A stretch of DNA of 64,000 bases, taken from positions 2,464,001 through 2,528,000 of the forward strand of contig CBDFGR010000003.1 in assembly GCA_965247115.1 (NCBI GenBank), read 5' to 3'. This document shows positions 57,483 through 64,000 of the stretch, in pieces. Below the pieces are notes generated by a model. It worked only from the letters and a program-made list of their open reading frames with translations. It was not told the DNA's origin and did no database searches. This DNA comes from Myxococcota bacterium (GTDB taxonomy: Bacteria > Myxococcota_A > UBA9160 > SZUA-336). The stretch's first letter is position 1. Every line of letters begins with the position of its first letter. The position numbers and the translations under genes were made by a program.

Positions 57483-58553
57483 ATGGAGCTTTGGATGCTC
57501 ACGACTTCGTCGGGGCGCTCGATCGCCGGCACCGCCGAGCGCGCGGAGGCTGCCGGTTGGCACGGACTGGCGGTCGTGGACTCCCAGAACCTGGCGGGGG
57601 ACTCGTACGTCGCGCTCACGATCGCGGCCTCCCACTCCGAGACCCTCGGTCTGGGCACTGCGGTGACGAATCCCGTGACGCGCCACCCGGCGGTCACCGC
57701 CGGCGCAATCGCCAGCGTGCAGCTCTGCTCGGGCGGCCGCGCAACGCTCGGCATCGGCCGCGGAGACTCGTCGCTCGCGCATCTGGGCCGTGCCCCCGCC
57801 CGCGTCCGCACGCTCGAGAAGTACGTGGCAACCTTGCAGGCATATCTGCGCGGCGAAGCGGTGCCCTTCGCCGAGCTCGACTTTCACGAGCGCGCCGCGC
57901 CCGCTGTCGAGGACCTCGGCCTCGCGGATACTCCGGACACGAGCCGCCTGCCCTGGATCGACGGCTCCCTCCCAAAGGTCCCCGTCGAGGTGGCCGCGAC
58001 GGGGCCCAAGGTGATCGCTGCGGCCGCCCGGACCGCGGATCGGATCATGTTCGCGCTCGGCGCGGAGCCCGAGAGACTGCTGTGGGGCATTCAGATCGCG
58101 CGCGACGCTCGCAAGGAAGCGGGGCTGGATCCCGATGGGATCTCCTTCGGGGCCTACGTGAACGCCGTCACCCACCCCGACCTCGCGATCGCGCACAAGC
58201 TCGTGAGCGGCGGGCTCACAACGTTCGCGCGCTTCTCCGTCATGCACGGCTCCGTGGTCGGGCCCGTTGGCGAGGAGCAGCGCAGGGTCCTCGAGGCGAT
58301 CCACGCCACGTACGACATGCGGCAGCACACCCGAGCGGGCTCCCCGCAGACTGAGCACCTGACACCCGAGTTCATCGAGCGCTACGCCATCGTAGGGTCG
58401 TCACAGAACTGTGTCGAGCGTTTGCGCGACCTGGAGACAATCGGGCTCGAGCGCTTGATCGTGATCGGACCCGGCGGTGGAGCGGATCGGGACGAGGCGC
58501 GCCGGGCCCAGCGCCACTTCGCAGACGAGGTGCTCCCGGCGCTGCGCAGCTGA
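57483..58553 (+). CDS. LLM-class flavin (possibly F420)-dependent oxidoreductase
   Basis: DSQN, GTAVTNPVTRHP, GIGRGDS, AATGPK. Confidence 0.9.
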   Translation: MELWMLTTSSGRSIAGTAERAEAAGWHGLAVVDSQNLAGDSYVALTIAASHSETLGLGTAVTNPVTRHPAVTAGAIASVQLCSGGRATLGIGRGDSSLAHLGRAPARVRTLEKYVATLQAYLRGEAVPFAELDFHERAAPAVEDLGLADTPDTSRLPWIDGSLPKVPVEVAATGPKVIAAAARTADRIMFALGAEPERLLWGIQIARDARKEAGLDPDGISFGAYVNAVTHPDLAIAHKLVSGGLTTFARFSVMHGSVVGPVGEEQRRVLEAIHATYDMRQHTRAGSPQTEHLTPEFIERYAIVGSSQNCVERLRDLETIGLERLIVIGPGGGADRDEARRAQRHFADEVLPALRS

Positions 58554-58650
58554 GCATGGGAGCTCCCCCGGTGCGGCGCTGAGAAATCTCTCGGCCGTAC
58601 GAGGCTCCCGAGTCGGGCTACTCCGAGAGATAGCGCTCCGAATCGTCCGC

Positions 58651-60789
58651 TCAGTGCTCCCAGGCGTCCGCTGCGGGCGGTGCGGGATCCATGTCCTCGC
58701 AGCGCGTGTATTCAATCGACCCGTTCGACAGGACATGGGAGACGTCGCCGCCCTCGCGCTCGAAGCTCAGGGTGACGCTCTTTTCGGCGACGAGCTCGAG
58801 CTCCACGTCCTGGGGCGGCTTGCTGTCTAACCGGAGCTGGTAGCGGCCCTCAGGGAGGAGGATCTGCTCGTTCGCACCGAGTGCGCCCTCGCCCACGACC
58901 TCGTCATCACGCAGCACCTCGAAGGCTGTCCCGACGGTCACGGCCAACGCGCCTCTCAGCTCCTCGCCCGACTGCGCCGTGAAGTAGCGACCACCCGAGG
59001 CGGTCGCAATGGCCTCGAGGCGATCCGCATCTTCGTCCGCTGCGTTTCCGAGCCCGAAGCCGATCACGTGAACCACGGTATCTCGCTGCGCGAGCTCACG
59101 AGCGACCTCGATGGGATCCCCGCCACAGCTCTCGATACCGTCGGTCACGAGCACGACCGCGCGTTCGCCAGCGAAGTCTCCGAAGTCGGCCGCCACCTGA
59201 CCCAACGAGTAAGCGAGGGGCGTCTGTCCGCGCGGGCGGAAGCTGGCAATCGCCTCGCGGACCGCGGACCGGTTGTCCGCGCGGAGCGGTACCAGTAGCT
59301 CGGAGTCAGTGCAGTTGCGCAGCTCGCGCGGATGCCTGTGTCCGTAAACGCGCAGCGAGAGCCGAAGGTCGGGTGGCAGCGCGTTCAACGCCTCGTCCAG
59401 GATCTGTTTTGCAATGCTGATCTTCGGCGTTCCGTCGAGCTGACCCCACATGCTGTTCGATGCATCGACCACCATCGCGACGGCTCGATCGGAGATGGAC
59501 AATGTCGGCTGCCCGTCCGCGAGCGCGGTCACCTGCAGCTCCGAGCAGCCGTCCGGACGGACGGAGACCATGACCGACTCCCGTGCGCTGCGGCCATCGA
59601 GGCTCGTCGCAACGACACGCACGCGGTGCTCACCCTCCGAAAGCTGCAGGGTGCCCGCAAAGTGACCGTTTGCCAGCGCCGCCTGCTGCGGAGGCGAGCC
59701 ATCGACTCGGAGCATCACGCTGTCCACCTCGAGCTTCGGCCACGCTCCCTCGAACTCTGCAGGTAGACCGACGAACGCATCGACGTCCCCTTCGACGACG
59801 ACCTCCGAATCGCGGCGCCCGAGCACCGTCCCCTCGACAGGGGAGACAATTCGCAGCGCCATCTCACCGGAGACGATTACGCTGACCGCGGCCTCGCTCG
59901 TTTCGCCGCTCAGGCTGGTCGCCGTAGCAACGATCCGGTTCTCACCGGGGCGCAGTGGCACTCGACCCGAGAAGGTGCCCCCGACCATGCGCGCCGGCAG
60001 CGGCGCGGCGCCGTTCACTTGCAGCGTCACCCGCTCGACTCCCGTCGTGCGGAGATTCATAAACGCCTCGGGAAGTCGCTCGGGATCGACGACCCCGACG
60101 AAGCTGCCTCCTGTTCCGGCCGCGACGCCCCGCAGTATCGTCTCGCCGGCTTCGCTCGCGCCGAGCAGGATCGTATGGACGACCACGCCGCTCTGGCGCG
60201 TCTCGAGCATTGCCTCATGGGCCCGTTTGGCGTGCGACTTCCCATCTGTAAAGAGCATGATCACGCGCGTGGAGTTGATCCTCGGATCGCGGTCAAGCTC
60301 GACGAGGGCGGTGCGGATCCCCGCAGCGATGTCGGTGGTGCCATCCCTGTCGAGACCCTCGATCGCCTCGACGGCCGCGTCCCGATCCGCCGTGAGCGGC
60401 AGGACGAGAGAGGCCTTCGAATCGAAGTCGACCACACCAACGCGCATGTCGCCACGATCGGGCAGGCTGCGCACCAGGCGGACGGCCCCCGCCGCGCGAT
60501 GGTCCTCGGGATCCGTGCTCCGCAGGCTCTGAGAGCTGTCGAGCACGAGCACCAGATCCAGGTACTCGACGCCACCAAAGACCGAGGCGCCGCCCTTCAC
60601 GTCTAGCGACGACTCCCAGTGACGCAGCTCCAGGTCCGTGTAAGGGCTCTGAATTGCGACCCGGAGCTCCCCTCTGCGAGCCAGCTCGGATTCCCAGCTC
60701 ATGCCGGGAGGCAGCTCCCAGAGCTCGGGATCGACCGAGGCACATGCGGACAGAAGTGCGATGAGTGAGACGGCGAGAACGCTTCGCAT
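58651..60789 (-). CDS. Lipoprotein with two VWA domains and Ig-like spacers
   Basis: Lipobox LSAC; MIDAS motifs DSSQS and DASNS, each with a TDG. Confidence 0.85.
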   Translation of the reverse strand: MRSVLAVSLIALLSACASVDPELWELPPGMSWESELARRGELRVAIQSPYTDLELRHWESSLDVKGGASVFGGVEYLDLVLVLDSSQSLRSTDPEDHRAAGAVRLVRSLPDRGDMRVGVVDFDSKASLVLPLTADRDAAVEAIEGLDRDGTTDIAAGIRTALVELDRDPRINSTRVIMLFTDGKSHAKRAHEAMLETRQSGVVVHTILLGASEAGETILRGVAAGTGGSFVGVVDPERLPEAFMNLRTTGVERVTLQVNGAAPLPARMVGGTFSGRVPLRPGENRIVATATSLSGETSEAAVSVIVSGEMALRIVSPVEGTVLGRRDSEVVVEGDVDAFVGLPAEFEGAWPKLEVDSVMLRVDGSPPQQAALANGHFAGTLQLSEGEHRVRVVATSLDGRSARESVMVSVRPDGCSELQVTALADGQPTLSISDRAVAMVVDASNSMWGQLDGTPKISIAKQILDEALNALPPDLRLSLRVYGHRHPRELRNCTDSELLVPLRADNRSAVREAIASFRPRGQTPLAYSLGQVAADFGDFAGERAVVLVTDGIESCGGDPIEVARELAQRDTVVHVIGFGLGNAADEDADRLEAIATASGGRYFTAQSGEELRGALAVTVGTAFEVLRDDEVVGEGALGANEQILLPEGRYQLRLDSKPPQDVELELVAEKSVTLSFEREGGDVSHVLSNGSIEYTRCEDMDPAPPAADAWEH

Positions 60790-60903
60790 GGGTAACCCCT
60801 CGGGGCGCGGAACAGTTGCAGCTTCGCCGTATGGTGTCGGCGGGTCAGGACGGCGGCTTGATCAAGCGCGGCGAGTGCGAGCTGCGTTGACGGGGTTGTC
60901 TGC

Positions 60904-61815
60904 TCAGAGATCCCCTGAGGGAGGGGATAGACCCTCTACCTCGTAGGAACCGACCGCGATCGGAGCCAGCGACTCCTCGGCGGAGTAGATCGTGACCTCG
61001 TACGCTCCTTCGTTCCAACCCTCTGGCTGACCCAGCCAGACGTAGCTGTCGCGGTCTACGGCGCCGATCGGGTAGCGGTCGAACACGAGCAGCTCGGGCT
61101 GGTCGAGGCGCTGCCACTTGACCAGCACGGAGTCCAATCCGTACTGGTCGGTCGGAAAGACGGCGTAGATCCTGTCGGAGTCGGAGCCGAAGGCATCGCT
61201 CGGGGCAGTGGGCGTGTTGTCCAGTCCGACGCCCGTCGAGAATTCGACCTGCATGGCCTGCGAAGGAATCTGCTCTGGCGGCGTGACGACCCCGCTCAGG
61301 GCGATGCTCGCCAGCCGCTCGGCGAAGCCGCGTACGTCCGAGATCTCCTCGAGCTCCGCCTCGCTGAAGAGCGCGGTGCCCGACACGGTGTCGATCAGCT
61401 CGAACTCGCTCATCCCGGCGATGAAACCACCGATCAGCTCCGCGCTCTCTGCATCGAGCTGCTGACCGAGCAAGCCGACGATCGGCAGCTCTCGAGGAGA
61501 GGGAGCCTCGGCGCTTCTGGCCGCGTTCGACCAGGCCTCGGAGGGAGTCGCCGCAGCGGCTCTCAGCAGTGCGTCCCAGGGGACATCGCCGGGCGCCGCG
61601 GACTCCGTCGCTGCGACCGTCGTTGTCGAGATCGCAGCCGCCGCGGTCCCACCAGGAGCGGATTGCACGCGCCCGATCCGCACCCCGAGAAACAGGCCCA
61701 TCACAAAAGCGAGTCCCGTAGCGATACACGCGAGGCGCAGCGGACGCGCGCTTCGTGGAACCTCTCCCCGACTCGGTCGGGTGCCAAGTCGAGGAGCCTG
61801 CGCTCCAGGCGCCAC
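60904..61815 (-). CDS. Hypothetical membrane-anchored protein
   Basis: One TM segment, Ala-rich linker, beta-rich C-terminus; directly follows the upstream gene. Confidence 0.65.
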   Translation of the reverse strand: MAPGAQAPRLGTRPSRGEVPRSARPLRLACIATGLAFVMGLFLGVRIGRVQSAPGGTAAAAISTTTVAATESAAPGDVPWDALLRAAAATPSEAWSNAARSAEAPSPRELPIVGLLGQQLDAESAELIGGFIAGMSEFELIDTVSGTALFSEAELEEISDVRGFAERLASIALSGVVTPPEQIPSQAMQVEFSTGVGLDNTPTAPSDAFGSDSDRIYAVFPTDQYGLDSVLVKWQRLDQPELLVFDRYPIGAVDRDSYVWLGQPEGWNEGAYEVTIYSAEESLAPIAVGSYEVEGLSPPSGDL

Positions 61816-61816
61816 G

Positions 61817-63316
61817 CTAGCGGATGGGCGCGAACGCGATCAGCGCGTCGAGGTCAGCGGCCATGCCGAGGCCGTGGCCAGGCAGAACCATGTCGAACAT
61901 CCCGACCTGATTGTGGAGCGCCATGTAGTTCAGCACGATCGACTCCGCCAGCGAGGTCACGTTGTCCGCAACCCGGGTCGCCGCGGTCTCGACGGAGCCG
62001 TCCGGCCGGAAGTAGCCGATCTGATTCGCGTCGGGGCGTGTGAGCTGCGGCCGCCCTACGGGATCGTAGACCAGGATGAGCGAGGCTGCGGTCGACGAGT
62101 TGTCGCCACGCCAGATGCCCTTGCCACGCCCATCGACCGAGTTGTCGATCTCGCCGTTGCTCGCAACGGAGCCGTCGCTGAGCACGTACAGCATCAGCTG
62201 CTGGCCGCGCAGCGCCGCGAACTCCAGGCAGGCACCCATCATCTGACCCGCGAGGAAGTCACGAATCTCGCCAGTCGCGCGGGAGCTGTCGTGGTAGTCG
62301 TAGCCTCCGTTCTCGATCGTGCCTGCGCCGGCGTAGCCCTCGATCACGAGCTTCATCACCGCAGCGGTCTTCTCGAAGCGGCGCTCGTCCAGCTCGGCCG
62401 CGCTGAAGATGCCTCCATTGATGTCCGGATCGTTCAGGGGATTGAGCGCAGTTGGGTCTCCGAAGCTCGCAACCAGATCCGTCGTCTGCACGTAGCTGCA
62501 GTGGATCAGATCCTCGAGTGCCGGATCTTCTGCCGTCTTCGCGAGCTTCAGATCGCTGAGCTGCTCCATCGCACCCATGACCGACGAAGCGTCTGCCTGG
62601 TCGAGAAGCTCGACCAGCTTGCCCGTGTCCACGAGGCCGCTTGCATCGCTCGCGCGATCGACCTTGGTCGGGCGCACCGCCGGATCCATCTGCGATTGGG
62701 GAGCCTCCGACTTTCCGCCGGAGTCCGAGTTGCGCGTACCGATCAACGCCAGGATGTCACCGTCCGCACCAGCCTTGTTTATCCCGTACATCGGGTTGTG
62801 CGGGTTGTTGTCAGTATCGTTGTCGGAGCGGGCACAGATGATCGTGCCGTTGGTATTGTCACGCGTCGTCTGGGAGGTCTTCGAGATGATGCCTCTCAGG
62901 AACGCGCTATCCGCGTGGAACGCGATGCCGAGCTCCAGGCTGACCTGACCAGCACGGTCTGGCGTCATGCTCGCGGGCAGCCCGAGCTTCTCGTATCCGT
63001 CGAGACCCAGAAAGTCCATCTGACCCCCGGGTCCGCCCACGAGGGCGTTCGACCCCGCAATGTTGGCTCCCCCTGCGAGATCGAAGGCGATGAAGGGCAT
63101 CATGCCTCCGCCACCGGCGACACCGACGCCACAATCGACGACTCCCTGGGCAGCCGCCCTCTGCGGCGAGGCGAGCGACAGCAAGCTCGGCACCATCACG
63201 ATTCCTGCTCCCGAGAGCAGCCCTCTGGCGAGGAAGTCGCGTCGGGAGACGGGCTTCCCGTGACCTTCGAGCTGAAGCAGCGGAGCATCCGGGTTCAGCG
63301 TGGCTTTGCGTTTCAT
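61817..63316 (-). CDS. Tat-exported DUF1501-like protein
   Basis: SRRDFL Tat motif, FDLAGG, GGYDYH, SDG; RBS GAGG. Confidence 0.7.
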   Translation of the reverse strand: MKRKATLNPDAPLLQLEGHGKPVSRRDFLARGLLSGAGIVMVPSLLSLASPQRAAAQGVVDCGVGVAGGGGMMPFIAFDLAGGANIAGSNALVGGPGGQMDFLGLDGYEKLGLPASMTPDRAGQVSLELGIAFHADSAFLRGIISKTSQTTRDNTNGTIICARSDNDTDNNPHNPMYGINKAGADGDILALIGTRNSDSGGKSEAPQSQMDPAVRPTKVDRASDASGLVDTGKLVELLDQADASSVMGAMEQLSDLKLAKTAEDPALEDLIHCSYVQTTDLVASFGDPTALNPLNDPDINGGIFSAAELDERRFEKTAAVMKLVIEGYAGAGTIENGGYDYHDSSRATGEIRDFLAGQMMGACLEFAALRGQQLMLYVLSDGSVASNGEIDNSVDGRGKGIWRGDNSSTAASLILVYDPVGRPQLTRPDANQIGYFRPDGSVETAATRVADNVTSLAESIVLNYMALHNQVGMFDMVLPGHGLGMAADLDALIAFAPIR

Positions 63317-63327
63317 GTCGTTCACCT

Positions 63328-64000
63328 CTAGTGAATGGTTACCGCGGCGCTGCCAAGCACCGAGGAGCATGCGGCCTTCACGACGGTCTGCGTGCGACTC
63401 GCATCGCAGGTCGCCGGGGTACAGCCCGCCGTCAGGTCGTCGAACAGCATGTTCAGGACCGGCGAGATCTCTGCGAAGTTAGGCTGCGTCGCGAGCGCCG
63501 TTCCGACCATCTGATCGACGAGCGCATTGATGATGATGTCGCGCTCGACCTGGCTCGCAAAGGCAGTCGGGACCGGCTGGTTGAACTGGAACACCATCCC
63601 GAAGAAGGCCTCGCGCAAGGCGACGGAGTCGACGAGCTCGTTGCAGTACTCCAGCGCGAGCTTCGCGATTCCCACCTGGTGGGAGGACACGAACGAACGG
63701 ATGTCCGTGTCCATCGGAAGCTGCTGGCGCAGGTCGTCGAAGGCCGCCTGTACCGACGCCGTGTTGGGATCGACTCCAGTGATCTCGGACATGGTGTCGT
63801 TGATCCGATCGTAGTCCCGGATGCCGACGTCGGGACCCGGAGGCGTCACGCTCAGGTCCAGGGTGGGCGTCGGCACAACCGCGACGACGCGAACGTCGTT
63901 TCCTGCGATCAGATCGAAGAACACCGCGAACTGATCGAGATTCGATCCGAGCTCCTTTGACACGACAGAGCACAGGGTCGACAGTACCTGCGGCGACTGG
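63328..64000 (-). CDS. C-terminal part of a large secreted protein (probably LamG-containing), truncated by the window edge
   Basis: Frame open to the window end; INDTMSEITGV, LALEYC and C-terminal Cys motifs; family assignment from recall only. Confidence 0.6.
   Translation of the reverse strand, partial: QSPQVLSTLCSVVSKELGSNLDQFAVFFDLIAGNDVRVVAVVPTPTLDLSVTPPGPDVGIRDYDRINDTMSEITGVDPNTASVQAAFDDLRQQLPMDTDIRSFVSSHQVGIAKLALEYCNELVDSVALREAFFGMVFQFNQPVPTAFASQVERDIIINALVDQMVGTALATQPNFAEISPVLNMLFDDLTAGCTPATCDASRTQTVVKAACSSVLGSAAVTIH

Noticed and set aside
50525..63331. Long antisense ORFs (e.g. 50525-51943, 54858-55973, 55955-57205, 61781-63331; also 3503-4627)
   Set aside because: Shadow frames of real high-GC genes, with no motifs

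Overview
High-GC bacterial chromosomal window; the gene content suggests a Myxococcota/Binatota-like organism, with low confidence. (1) About 0.3-31 kb is a surface-polysaccharide synthesis and decoration island: SGNH proteins, a NoeA-like kinase-methyltransferase cassette, an acetyltransferase, an atypical PDH-like E1/E2 plus ACP-AcpS module, three NDP-sugar C-methyltransferases, a GT2, a 2OG oxygenase, a UDP-sugar dehydrogenase, WecB, and a WecG/TagA gene split by an IS5. (2) About 31-48.5 kb is mobile-element rich. It holds three MPEP-type PEP-CTERM genes, a 3.1-kb IS1595 transposon (perfect 30-bp IRs, 8-bp TSD) carrying a KpnI-like type II R-M system, a tandem ferritin-like pair in which one copy has lost all six iron ligands, an HACL/OXC plus thioesterase pair, and a frameshifted TonB receptor. 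An arsR-arsI divergon here was hit twice: an IS5 truncates arsR, and a 2.5-kb IS1595 with PIN cargo splits the arsI promoter. (3) About 49-58.5 kb contains catabolic hydrolases, a CoA-transferase, an amidase and an LLM. (4) About 58.6-64 kb is a secreted Tat/VWA operon that runs off the window end. No rRNA, tRNA or CRISPR array was seen. All family calls come from motifs recognised by eye, not from database searches.
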